From assembly GCA_009691445.1 (NCBI GenBank), contig SICL01000007.1, positions 6,916 through 70,915 of the forward strand: a stretch of DNA of 64,000 nucleotides, in the 5' to 3' direction. This stretch comes from Candidatus Taenariivivens baikalensis (GTDB taxonomy: Bacteria; Omnitrophota; Omnitrophia; Omnitrophales; Aquincolibacteriaceae). Of this stretch, positions 48,052 to 57,073 are shown piece after piece (position 1 is the first letter of the stretch; each line of letters starts with the position of its first letter). Both the position numbers and the translations under genes were made by a program. Under the pieces are notes generated by a model that ran no database searches, was not told where the DNA came from, and worked only from the letters and a program-made list of their open reading frames with translations.

Positions 48052-48777
48052 TTAATGGGCGGCCCCGCACTCAACGCCGTCTCCAACACATTTGGGAATA
48101 CACTGCCCGCCGCCCCGAATCACCAGGTTCGAACAGTCAGAAGCATCCGCCGCACTATAACGAATGTCGGATATATCCCCTTCCGCGCAAGTCAAGCTTC
48201 TTTCCGCCCCCTTGTCATCACATTTCCCGGAAACAAGCGTCGAGCACTTGCAACATTCGACACTGCGGTTGAGCAATGTACCCGGCACAACTTGGGAATC
48301 GGCCGGACACTGATGCTTACAGGTCCGGGTGTCAGAACAGCTGAGTCCTGTCTTGGCCTCACAACTCTCTCCCTGAAATTTATCCGCAAAGACCGACATA
48401 CCCGGGCAGCAGTTTTCTTCCGTCATCAGACGAACGCAGAGATAACAGGTCACTTTTGAGGGAAGTTGATTCGTCTGCCGGTTATTCACTTTCTTTTCCT
48501 GATAACAACCCAGGGAACGGCATTGCCCCACGTCCGAAACCATCCCCACCCCCGCACAAAAGGACTGATGAATTCCCCGGTTCAAACCAGCATTTTTTAT
48601 CGTCTGATAAGGCAAAGGAATGATAGACGGAGAAACCTCAAGCTTATCTTTTAATTCTGACTTTGCGCCGGCAGGTTCAGCCGCACCAAGAACTCCGGCG
48701 TAAGAAAAAGACAGAAGGACGAGCCAGAGGATGCTGATTTTTTTCCGGCACTGAGTACCCAAGGATAAAAAAATCAT
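48052..48777 (-). CDS. Cysteine-rich secreted protein (241 aa, ~27 Cys)
   Basis: Signal peptide ILWLVLLSFSYAGVLGAA; many CxxC / CC pairs (CYLCVRLMTEENCCPG, CKHQCPAD, ECCKCSTLVSGKCDD, CIPKCVGDGVECG). Its stop is adjacent to the O-antigen-ligase-like start. Confidence 0.5.
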   Translation of the reverse strand: MIFLSLGTQCRKKISILWLVLLSFSYAGVLGAAEPAGAKSELKDKLEVSPSIIPLPYQTIKNAGLNRGIHQSFCAGVGMVSDVGQCRSLGCYQEKKVNNRQTNQLPSKVTCYLCVRLMTEENCCPGMSVFADKFQGESCEAKTGLSCSDTRTCKHQCPADSQVVPGTLLNRSVECCKCSTLVSGKCDDKGAERSLTCAEGDISDIRYSAADASDCSNLVIRGGGQCIPKCVGDGVECGAAH

Positions 48778-48788
48778 GGCAAGCTTCC

Positions 48789-49406
48789 TTACTTGATAAT
48801 CGCAGCGTCAAAAAAAAGAGCGGGGCACGGTTCTGCATCACTGACAACATCAAAGGAAAGCATGATTGGATTTGTCAGTAAGGACACAACGCCCAAGGGA
48901 ATATCAATTCGTTTCCATCCGAGCTCACGAGCCACGCGCACCCTCTGAAGTAATTTCTTTCCAGCCCAAATACGCACATAAAAATAATTCGATTCCTTTG
49001 ATTCTTTCAGTTCAATGTCAGAATCCTGAATTCCGTAATAAAAGGCAAGCGTCCCTCCCGGAGGAACCTGGGAAAATTGAAGTGTTTTCCGGCTTTCTTT
49101 AAAGGGTTGTAGATAGATAGCCGTCACTTGCTTTTGTTCAAATATTCCCGGGTGGGTTCCGATCCGGTGCGCCTCTCCTAAATTTCCAAAATCAAAGTAC
49201 TTCCCCGTCCATTGAGCGGGTTCACGGCTGCGATCGGATGTTTGTGTTAAGAAGACCTTCGCATTCTTGATCTCACCGGAAAACTGGAACAACACCACGG
49301 GGGGTTCGGGAGAAACCTCAGCGGCAAGGGATCGGGAGAAACTGATGGCGGCGCAAAGGAGGAGGAAGAGAACTTTTTTTGTTTTTTTTACCGATAAAAA
49401 ATTCAT
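48789..49406 (-). CDS. Hypothetical secreted protein (205 aa)
   Basis: Signal peptide MNFLSVKKTKKVLFLLLCAAISFSRSLAA. Confidence 0.45.
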   Translation of the reverse strand: MNFLSVKKTKKVLFLLLCAAISFSRSLAAEVSPEPPVVLFQFSGEIKNAKVFLTQTSDRSREPAQWTGKYFDFGNLGEAHRIGTHPGIFEQKQVTAIYLQPFKESRKTLQFSQVPPGGTLAFYYGIQDSDIELKESKESNYFYVRIWAGKKLLQRVRVARELGWKRIDIPLGVVSLLTNPIMLSFDVVSDAEPCPALFFDAAIIK

Positions 49407-50296
49407 AGGACATTACCTTGCACGTTTTTTTTAAATGTTTTTGGAGAAATCCAGAGATGAAGAATCACCCCTAAAAGTAAAATAGAAAACCACCCTGCCA
49501 TCCCATCGTAAAAAACCTTGGACCCCATCCACAGTGAAGGTGCCTGTATTCCATCGACGAAAATGCCGTCCGACTTAACAAAGAAGACACAGCCGGCATG
49601 AAGTCCCATCCCCGCATACAGGGACTGCGTACTCAACCGCAAATGGTGCAGGACTATCCCAAACAAAAAAAGTCCCGTGAAGGCCGGCCAGATTCCGGGC
49701 TGCGTCAGGGACAAAAAAGGAGACGCCATTAATTTCAGGCTGTCAAAAAAATCAGGCGTTTGATCAATCCATATTTTTTTCTGGGTGACAAAATGCAACG
49801 AGGCATAAAAAAGGCTGGTCACCCCAGTGGCTAGCAAAACGGGAAAACGAAAACGGATCCTCAAGCTCTGATCCGTAAAGCCGCGAAAGAAGAACTCTTC
49901 GATCAACGCAATTAAAAGACCGGAAAACGTAAACTGGATCAATTTCACCGCAATTCCCCACGCCGTCATTCCTGAAAAGGAAACCTGGGAAAAACCGGCT
50001 CCGACGCGATAAACCGTTAAAGCGACAAGGATCAGCACGCCGGCCACAAACCCTTTTAGAAACTCGCTAAAACTCCAGGGATAACAGCGCAAACCGTACT
50101 GATCCCAGTCCTCACGGCGAATGCGCACAAACAAGACAATGGAAGTCAGGGAGAAAATCATCACGAGACGGTTAAAAATACGTTCAAATTTAAAAGGAAG
50201 AAAACTAAATAACCAAGGAGCCAGGAGAGCGCTGAGTAAAAGGATCAATCCGAAGATCAAAATGAATTTTAAAAAAGATTTCATAAAAAGAATCAA
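49403..50296 (-). CDS. CPBP-family (CAAX/Abi) intramembrane metalloprotease
   Basis: Polytopic membrane protein with CPBP motif 1 EEFFFRGF, motif 2 FYASLHF, and a later LHHLRLS / GLHAGCVFF His region. Confidence 0.7.
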   Translation of the reverse strand: MILFMKSFLKFILIFGLILLLSALLAPWLFSFLPFKFERIFNRLVMIFSLTSIVLFVRIRREDWDQYGLRCYPWSFSEFLKGFVAGVLILVALTVYRVGAGFSQVSFSGMTAWGIAVKLIQFTFSGLLIALIEEFFFRGFTDQSLRIRFRFPVLLATGVTSLFYASLHFVTQKKIWIDQTPDFFDSLKLMASPFLSLTQPGIWPAFTGLFLFGIVLHHLRLSTQSLYAGMGLHAGCVFFVKSDGIFVDGIQAPSLWMGSKVFYDGMAGWFSILLLGVILHLWISPKTFKKNVQGNVL

Positions 50297-50751
50297 GCCT
50301 TAAGCTGTAAAGTCACTTCGATTTCAACCGCCGCGTTCATAGGAAGACTGGCAACCCCTACGGATGAGCGAGCGTGGATTCCCTGATCCTGAAAAAGTAA
50401 CACCAGTAGATCCGAAGCGCCGTTCACGACTTGAGGGATTTCATAAAACGAAGGATCCGCATTCACATACCCCACGACTCTCAGGATCCGGTCCAACTTA
50501 TCAAAACCAATTGCACTGCGGATCAGACTGATCACATTAAGCGCCGCAAGCCGGGCTGCTTCCTGCCCTTGCTCCAGCGTCAGATCCTTTCCGATACGTC
50601 CCTGAATAAACCGCGCCGTTCCATATTTGGAAACTTGCCCGCTCAAGTAGGCCGTCGTTCCCTGAATCACAACCGGCGTGTATGAACCTACGGACTTGGG
50701 CGCTTCAGGAAGTTCGATCTTGAGTTCTTTAAGACGTGTTTCGTAATTCAT
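50293..50751 (-). CDS. RidA/YjgF-family protein
   Basis: C-terminal signature ARSSVGVASLPMNAAVEIEVTLQL and overall Rid fold length from the MNYETRLKEL start. Confidence 0.6.
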   Translation of the reverse strand: MNYETRLKELKIELPEAPKSVGSYTPVVIQGTTAYLSGQVSKYGTARFIQGRIGKDLTLEQGQEAARLAALNVISLIRSAIGFDKLDRILRVVGYVNADPSFYEIPQVVNGASDLLVLLFQDQGIHARSSVGVASLPMNAAVEIEVTLQLKA

Positions 50752-50809
50752 AATTCCAGAAACTGGGGACAAGTGGCTGCAACCTGTCCCCAGTTTAGTT
50801 ATACGGTCT

Positions 50810-51511
50810 TCATTTATAAGCGACAATCAACGTGGCAAGTCCAAACGTGAACCGGTAAATTTTCGCATCCCGAAAACCTTCTTGTTTCAACAAAGCGACC
50901 GTTTTTTCAGGCTCCTGAAAAGTCAGGATTGATTCGGAAAGAAAATGATACGCATCCTGATGCCCCGAAAGCGCACCACCCATAAGCGGGAGGAAAAATT
51001 TTAAATAGGGATAGGCCAGGATTCTCCAGATTGGATGGACGGGACGGGTCAGACAAAGCAAAGCCGCTTTCCCTCCAGGATTGAGCAAGCGGTGAATCTC
51101 GCGGGCGAAACCAGGAAGATCCTGAACGCTTCGAAGCGTATAACTTGAAATGACCAGATCAAAGCTCTGAGCTTGAAGCGGAATATCATGAAAGTCGGCA
51201 CTCACAAGCAGTACCTTAGAAGAAAGTTCTTTGCGCGCCTCAAAAAGCATGTTCAGGGAAAAATCAAGACCCACCAGGCGATCCCATGATTTCCGGATGG
51301 AAAAAAGCTGGATAAATTTTCCCGTACCAATTCCCAAATCAAGGATCGAACGCTCTTGACCTGAGAAAACAAGTTTCACTGCCCGCTTACGCCACCGATC
51401 ATCCAGATTCCAGCTGAGCACCTGATTAATCCGGTCATAACGGGAGGCAATCGAATCAAAAAAAGACCGGATCGTTTCCTTTTTCTCAGAAAGCGTATTA
51501 GCTGTGGACAT
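50810..51511 (-). CDS. ubiE: Demethylmenaquinone/ubiquinone C-methyltransferase
   Basis: FDSIASRYDRINQVLSWNLDDRWRKRAV (UbiE N-terminal signature); SAM motif ILDLGIGTGKF; FDLVISSYTLRSVQDL. Confidence 0.75.
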   Translation of the reverse strand: MSTANTLSEKKETIRSFFDSIASRYDRINQVLSWNLDDRWRKRAVKLVFSGQERSILDLGIGTGKFIQLFSIRKSWDRLVGLDFSLNMLFEARKELSSKVLLVSADFHDIPLQAQSFDLVISSYTLRSVQDLPGFAREIHRLLNPGGKAALLCLTRPVHPIWRILAYPYLKFFLPLMGGALSGHQDAYHFLSESILTFQEPEKTVALLKQEGFRDAKIYRFTFGLATLIVAYK

Positions 51512-52577
51512 GAAGAATCTCATAATTAGTATCGCGCTGAGCCGGCGTGTATCCGGCCTCACGGATCAGACGGATGAGATCTTCACGGCGCGTGTGAACC
51601 TGTATACCAGTCGGTTCAAGCACTTTATCCTCAAGCAATGTCCCACCCATATCATCGGCGCCGAAGGCAAGAGCAATCTGGCCCAGCTTTAGTCCTTCGG
51701 TCAACCAACCGCTTTGGATGTGCTCAAAGTTATCCAACATCAAACGAGAGACCGCAACTGTCTTCAGATAATCTTCGCCGCCCGCGGGACGAAGATGCTG
51801 CATGCGCGGTGTATTTTTGGGTGACATCGTCCAGGGAATAAAAGCGCGGAACCCGTGAGTTTCATCCTGAAGATCGCGAACAGTCAAAAGATGTTTAATG
51901 CGCTCCTCGATCGTCTCCACATGCCCCACCACCATCGTGGCGGTTGATTTGAGCCCTGCCTGATGGGCTGTGCGCATCACTTCAATCCAGCGTTTGGAGG
52001 TCGCTTTCTTGGGACTGATAATCTTGCGGACACGTTCGACCAGAATCTCTGCGCCGCCGCCAGGAAGCGAATTGAGTCCCGCTTCTTTAAAAATCCGGAA
52101 GGTTTCAGGTAAAGAAAGACGGTTCTTTCGGGAAATCATTTCAAATTCCACAACAGAAAAAGAATGCACATGCACTTGGGGAAATTTTTCACGGATGGCA
52201 CGAATCAAATTCAGATAATAATCCAGCGGAAGATCGGTATTCACACCGCCCTGGATCAGGGCCTGGGTCCCGCCAAGATCCACGAGCTCCTGGATTTTCT
52301 GAAAAATCGTTTGATAAGAAAGCGTATAGCCTTCCTTGTGTCCGGGACTGCGGTAAAAAGCACAAAAGTCACAGTCCACCACACAGACATTGGTGTAACT
52401 GATATTGCGGTCAACAATGAACGTCACGACCCCGTGCGGATTCGCACGCCGGACTAGTTCATGGGCAGCCATCCCGAGACGCAGAAGATCGCAGGAATAA
52501 AGTAGGACCCCGTCTTCCTGAGAGAGGCGCTCTCCATCCAAACGTTTTTGAAGAACTTTATCGTAGATATCGGGCAC
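51498..52577 (-). CDS. Radical-SAM menaquinone (futalosine pathway) enzyme, MqnE/MqnC family
   Basis: The CVVDCDFCAFYRS CxxxCxFCAF cluster is typical of the MqnC/MqnE/CofH radical-SAM group. It sits in a context of MqnA-like and UbiE genes. Confidence 0.7.
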   Translation of the reverse strand: MPDIYDKVLQKRLDGERLSQEDGVLLYSCDLLRLGMAAHELVRRANPHGVVTFIVDRNISYTNVCVVDCDFCAFYRSPGHKEGYTLSYQTIFQKIQELVDLGGTQALIQGGVNTDLPLDYYLNLIRAIREKFPQVHVHSFSVVEFEMISRKNRLSLPETFRIFKEAGLNSLPGGGAEILVERVRKIISPKKATSKRWIEVMRTAHQAGLKSTATMVVGHVETIEERIKHLLTVRDLQDETHGFRAFIPWTMSPKNTPRMQHLRPAGGEDYLKTVAVSRLMLDNFEHIQSGWLTEGLKLGQIALAFGADDMGGTLLEDKVLEPTGIQVHTRREDLIRLIREAGYTPAQRDTNYEILHVHS

Positions 52578-52632
52578 TGAGACGGTCCTTGCGTGGATGT
52601 TTAAATTCTGAAATTTCGCTCGAAGAAGTCTA

Positions 52633-53583
52633 TCATTCCATCTTGAAAAATTCCAGCCTTTTCAGGCGCGGAGACAGGCCGTAGCGGTGCGCGAGACGGA
52701 AGAAAAGCTCAAGGCCTTCCTGCATCGGTTTATCCAAAGAAAAAATAAGATTAAAAAGATATCCGAAAAGTTTCCCAAATTTTTCATCCATAAAATGAAG
52801 CCCTTCTGCGTCCTTAAGAAGCTGCTCCAAATTTTCAAGATTGCTGTCACGCGTCGCCTGAATTCGAGAACACAGCCAGCGAACCTCCTCCGGATACCGC
52901 TTAGCAAAATCTTTGCTCACGGCCCAGACCGAGAAACAAAAAGGTTTTCCCGTCCAATTCCACCAGAGATCGCTCAGATCATAGCGATAGACAAATTCCT
53001 TGGGCTGATAAAAAAGCGCGTCATCACCAATCACCAAGGCCGCTTTACAACGTTCCAGCATCGCTTCCGGGTCCGAATCCATGGTCAGAAAGGAGTTTTT
53101 GAATTTATATTTAAAGCGCAGAAGAATTTTAAGCAGGGCTGATGAACTCAAACTCTCGGAAGAAAGGGCAATCGTTTCCTGATCCAGACCTTCAATGCGG
53201 TCACGTGAAAATAAAATGACACTGCCAGAAAAATCCAGCGAACCGATCGCCATATCCGGGAGAAGAAGGAACTGATCCTGATGATTCAGATAAGCCAGTG
53301 ACGAAATCGGAGCTATATCAATCTCGCCATGGTAAAGCGCTTCGTTCAAAGCCGCCGGCGCATCTTCGCTAAAATCAAGAAAGACCGATCGTTTGGACGA
53401 TTCGCAAAAACAGGGTTGCGAAGGATCCGAAGGACGAAGATTGTGAAAAAAGGGAGTAACATTCGAGTAGCGGATACGCCCAATGCGGATTCTTAAAGCA
53501 TCCTGCGTGGCAAAAGAAACAGGTCCAGAACCCGGCAGATTTTTTTCCTCTCCTGGTATCTTGGGTCCTGATTTATTCACCAT
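52633..53583 (-). CDS. MqnA/MqnD-family menaquinone biosynthesis protein (chorismate dehydratase-like)
   Basis: From the likely start MVNKSGPK...: LRIRIGRIRYSNVTPFFHNL ... ALNEALYHGEIDIAPISSLAY matches the VitK2_biosynth-type pattern (rlG.i.ylN..P ... GelD.a.iss.ey). Confidence 0.6.
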   Translation of the reverse strand: MVNKSGPKIPGEEKNLPGSGPVSFATQDALRIRIGRIRYSNVTPFFHNLRPSDPSQPCFCESSKRSVFLDFSEDAPAALNEALYHGEIDIAPISSLAYLNHQDQFLLLPDMAIGSLDFSGSVILFSRDRIEGLDQETIALSSESLSSSALLKILLRFKYKFKNSFLTMDSDPEAMLERCKAALVIGDDALFYQPKEFVYRYDLSDLWWNWTGKPFCFSVWAVSKDFAKRYPEEVRWLCSRIQATRDSNLENLEQLLKDAEGLHFMDEKFGKLFGYLFNLIFSLDKPMQEGLELFFRLAHRYGLSPRLKRLEFFKME

Positions 53584-54208
53584 GCGCGAGTGTTCCTTCT
53601 GTTTTGTGAATCGGCCCAGTCCAGCGAGGATAAAGCGTGTGAGAAATATCAAGCTGATCCAAAACTTTTCCCACCATAAAATCAACCAGGTCTTGGACGC
53701 TCTGGATCCCGGAATAGAATCCCGGCATCGCAGGAACAACACGAACTCCAAGCCGCGCAAGCTTCAGCATATTCTCCAGATGAATGGCACTGAGCGGTGT
53801 TTCGCGGGGAACCAGGACGAGCCTCCGACCTTCTTTAATCACGCAATCTGCCGCGCGATGAATCAGATTTTGGCTCATCCCCGCCGCAAGCGCACCCAAA
53901 GTCCCCATACTGCAGGGAATGATCACCATCCCGCGCGTAGGGTAGGATCCGCTGGCGATGGGAGCGGAAAAATCTTTTGCGGAGTAAGCCGTCAAAAGCC
54001 CTCGCGACTTTTCTCCAAACACGGGGATGAGATCTTCTTCCCGCGTATAACTTTTCAAAGAAATTCCCAATTCTTCCTTAAAGACAAGGCGGGCGGCTTC
54101 GGAAATCACAAGCGCAATGGAGATTCCAGATTCCGTGAGCATCTGTACCATACGCACGGCATAAAGAACGCCGCTTGCTCCGGTGATCCCCACAATTAAA
54201 GGCATCAT
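53573..54208 (-). CDS. ubiX: Flavin prenyltransferase UbiX/Pad1 family (MqnL-like in futalosine context)
   Basis: MMPLIVGITGASGVLYAVRMVQML; RLVLVPRETPL; ~210 aa. Confidence 0.85.
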   Translation of the reverse strand: MMPLIVGITGASGVLYAVRMVQMLTESGISIALVISEAARLVFKEELGISLKSYTREEDLIPVFGEKSRGLLTAYSAKDFSAPIASGSYPTRGMVIIPCSMGTLGALAAGMSQNLIHRAADCVIKEGRRLVLVPRETPLSAIHLENMLKLARLGVRVVPAMPGFYSGIQSVQDLVDFMVGKVLDQLDISHTLYPRWTGPIHKTEGTLAHGE

Positions 54209-55104
54209 GCGGTGATGCTCCTGATCCCAATCTCCAAAAGAACGGCGGCCAACATAGAACAGCTGATCACGGCATTCATCCAGAAAAAAGCTTCATCCAT
54301 TTTTTCAAGGCCGTGCAATTCGATTAAAAAATGCTCCCGGATAAGAAAAATAGCCGCGCAGGCAATCCCCAAAAAATAAACGACGCCCAGATTCCCCGAC
54401 CATCCGGCAAACATCCACATCCAGATCGTCAGAAAATGAAGCGCGCGCGTCGTGATCAGGCTGGCCTTGGGGCCAAACTTCGCGGGAAAGGATTGGAGTT
54501 TACTGCAGCGGTCAAATTTTTCATCCTGAAGCGCATAAATAATGTCAAAGCCTGCCACCCAAAAAATCACGCCGAGTGAAATGAAACCCGGGACCCAGGA
54601 AAAAACTGCCCGGCTGGCTAACCAAGCGCCATAAGGCGCGATTCCAAGCACCATCCCCAAAATCCAGTGAGACATCCAGGTAAATCGTTTAGTAAAAGGA
54701 TAAAGAAGTGCCAGAAAAAAAGGAATGGGCGAAAGTTTGAAGCAAAGAGGATTGATCTTGTAGGTCACTAATTCAAAAAGAACAAAGGAAGCTACAGTCC
54801 AGGTAATAACATAAGAACGCCTGAGTTTACCCGCAGGAAGTGCGCGGTTTTTGGTCCGGGGATTTCGAGCATCAATCGAATGATCAATCAAGCGGTTCAG
54901 CCCCATCGCCATCGTACGAAAACTCACCATTGCGATGGTAATCAAGAAAAATAAACGCAGGCTAGGAAATCCTTTTTCAGCAAGAAGCAGACCGGTATAG
55001 GCAAAAGGAAGGGCGAAAATCGAGTGTTCAAATTTGATCATTTGAAGGAACAACACGATCTTGGATCTGGACTGATCTTGCGCTGCTGTTCTTTGGGCTA
55101 TCAA
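54205..55104 (-). CDS. UbiA-family aromatic prenyltransferase (MqnP-like by context)
   Basis: Polytopic; NRLIDHSIDARNPRTKNRALPAG (first Asp-rich motif region) and a second YALQDEKFD motif. Confidence 0.75.
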   Translation of the reverse strand: MIAQRTAAQDQSRSKIVLFLQMIKFEHSIFALPFAYTGLLLAEKGFPSLRLFFLITIAMVSFRTMAMGLNRLIDHSIDARNPRTKNRALPAGKLRRSYVITWTVASFVLFELVTYKINPLCFKLSPIPFFLALLYPFTKRFTWMSHWILGMVLGIAPYGAWLASRAVFSWVPGFISLGVIFWVAGFDIIYALQDEKFDRCSKLQSFPAKFGPKASLITTRALHFLTIWMWMFAGWSGNLGVVYFLGIACAAIFLIREHFLIELHGLEKMDEAFFWMNAVISCSMLAAVLLEIGIRSITA

Positions 55105-55221
55105 AATATCCCTCCACGAGACAAGAAACGCTACTCTAACTTATCCCAAGAATTCGAGCGGCCAGTATAAGCTAACCCGCTTTGAGATTCAAGAAACCCT
55201 TAGGAGGGACTTAGAAAACTC

Positions 55222-56145
55222 TTACGGCTCTCCATCGCTGGTTTCCAGATGCTGCATAAGGATCTGCATATCTTCGTGCATTGGTGCTTCAAAGCGGAAA
55301 CGCTCCCCCGTCGAAGGATGATTCACCGTGAGTGACAATGCATGCAAAGCCTGGCGGTTGATCCAAGGAGAAGAAGCACCATAAAGGATATCTCCTATTA
55401 CGGGATGGTCCATATGCGCCATATGAACCCGGATCTGATGAGTTCTTCCGGTTTTGGGAGAGACTTCCACCCAGGTTGAATTTCGAAAGCGCTTTTTAAC
55501 ATGGAAAAAAGTTGTCGCCTCTTTTCCGCCAGCGGGTTTAATCACCACTTTCTTACGGTTAAGGAATGCCCGGCCCACAGGCTCTTCGCAGACACCCTCT
55601 TCATGCTGAACCACGCCGCGGACAAAGGCATGATAGACTTTTTCCACCGTATGTTCCTTAAATTGCCGGGCAAGCACGGCGTGTGCGTGGTCATTTTTGG
55701 CAACGACCATCACGCCGGAGGTGTCTTTATCTAGCCGGTGCACAAGCCCTGGCCGCGTGGTTTCCGCTGCCGATAACTTTTTAAAATGAAAAAGGAGTGC
55801 ATTGACCAACGTATGATCCGGATTCCCATAAGCCGGATGAACCACCATTCCAGCGGGCTTATCCACGATCACCATTTCTTCATCTTCATAAAGAATGGGA
55901 ACAGGAATATCCTCAGCCCGAACTCCTTGAGCTGCTTCTTGGGCCACCTCCACTTCAATTTCATCTCCCTCTTTGAGCCGGGAATGAGCGGAAATCTGCT
56001 CACGTCCCTTGATGCGGATGGAACCGTTTCCGATCCCCTTCTGAATTTTCGAGCGTGAGAAGCGCTCAACAAGTTCCTTAGAAAGAAAAATGTCAATACG
56101 CATTCCGTGCGCATCCTCGTTAACCGAAATAATTTCAAGATCCAT
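55222..56145 (-). CDS. rluD: 23S rRNA pseudouridine synthase, RluA/RluD family
   Basis: S4-like N-terminus; catalytic HRLDKDTSGVMVVAKN; ~307 aa. Confidence 0.85.
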   Translation of the reverse strand: MDLEIISVNEDAHGMRIDIFLSKELVERFSRSKIQKGIGNGSIRIKGREQISAHSRLKEGDEIEVEVAQEAAQGVRAEDIPVPILYEDEEMVIVDKPAGMVVHPAYGNPDHTLVNALLFHFKKLSAAETTRPGLVHRLDKDTSGVMVVAKNDHAHAVLARQFKEHTVEKVYHAFVRGVVQHEEGVCEEPVGRAFLNRKKVVIKPAGGKEATTFFHVKKRFRNSTWVEVSPKTGRTHQIRVHMAHMDHPVIGDILYGASSPWINRQALHALSLTVNHPSTGERFRFEAPMHEDMQILMQHLETSDGEP

Positions 56146-56154
56146 AATTTAAAA

Positions 56155-56245
56155 AGAAGGAAGAGAGAAGAAAGAAGATGGAAGAAAAATCTTCACTCTT
56201 CACTCTTCACTCTTTCCTCTTCCCTCTCCCCTCTCTTTTACGATT
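56155..56245. repeat. Homopurine / homopyrimidine mirror tract (aagagagaagaaagaagatggaagaaaaatcttcactcttcactcttcactctttcctcttccctctcccctctc)
   Basis: Read directly; it fills the rluD-lgt intergenic gap, and the two halves are roughly reverse-complementary. Confidence 0.6.
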
Positions 56246-56952
56246 AGCATGGCTCCTCCGGCAATCACACCGAGACTGATCCACTGATTCCAGGTTAAAA
56301 AAAACCACATCGGATTTCCATCCCTGAAAAACTCAATCGCCAGTCGCCCCAAACCATACAGGATCAGGTACAAGCCAAAGATTTGCCCGGGAAAATTCCG
56401 GCGTGGATAAAAAGCAGATAAGAAAATAAAAAGCAAAAAGGTGTAGAGCGATTCATAAATCTGCGCAGGGTGAACATGCTCAGGGCCTCCGGGAAAACTC
56501 ACCGCCCAGGGAAATGAGCAATAGGCTCCAAAACAACATCCGTTCAGGAAGCAACCGATACGACCAAAGGTTTGGGTCAATGCCACGTAAGGAATCATAA
56601 AATCAAACCCTGCAAGCGGTGGGATTTTTTTTGCCCGGAAAAAAAAGAGCAGCCCCAAGGTTGAGCTGATAAGCCCGCCATAAAAGACGAGCCCGCCTTC
56701 CCACACGGCAAAGGCATTCCAGGGATGAACTCTGTACCACGCACCGTTTTGAATCACATAATAAAGCCGTGCGCCGACAAGGCCTGAGATCACGCAAAAA
56801 AACACCATATCGTAAAGCGTATTCTTATTACAAAACTTATCGCGCTCAATCTGCTTTTTCATCCAAAACAGGGAAAGCATCACACCCAGCACCATCATCA
56901 GGCCGTAAGAATATAAATGGAAAGGACCCAAAGACAGGAGAATAGATTTCAT
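56200..56952 (-). CDS. lgt: Prolipoprotein diacylglyceryl transferase
   Basis: YGLMMVLGVMLSLFW; signature GRIGCFLNGCCFG; ~250 aa. Confidence 0.9.
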   Translation of the reverse strand: MKSILLSLGPFHLYSYGLMMVLGVMLSLFWMKKQIERDKFCNKNTLYDMVFFCVISGLVGARLYYVIQNGAWYRVHPWNAFAVWEGGLVFYGGLISSTLGLLFFFRAKKIPPLAGFDFMIPYVALTQTFGRIGCFLNGCCFGAYCSFPWAVSFPGGPEHVHPAQIYESLYTFLLFIFLSAFYPRRNFPGQIFGLYLILYGLGRLAIEFFRDGNPMWFFLTWNQWISLGVIAGGAMLIVKERGEGRGKSEE

Positions 56953-56978
56953 AATAATTCCACGTTGTTTTTTAACTT

Positions 56979-57049
56979 GCCATTGCGAGCCAGAGGCGAA
57001 GAAATCTCAATGCCTAGATTGCTTCGTCGCTTTGCTCCTCGCAATGACC
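56979..57049. repeat. Nested palindromic intergenic repeat, copy R6 (GCCATTGCGAGCCAGAGGCGAAGAAATCTCAATGCCTAGATTGCTTCGTCGCTTTGCTCCTCGCAATGAC)
   Basis: Read directly; it lies between the lspA stop and the lgt start. Confidence 0.75.
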
Positions 57050-57073
57050 AAAAAGCGACAAACGGATTTTCTT

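Noticed and set aside
49403-50296. Considered whether this polytopic protease could be the missing exosortase of the PEP-CTERM-like locus
   Set aside because: Its motifs are EEFFFRG / FxxxH / HxxxN-type, which are diagnostic of the CPBP (CAAX/Abi) family, not exosortase/archaeosortase. It is called CPBP.
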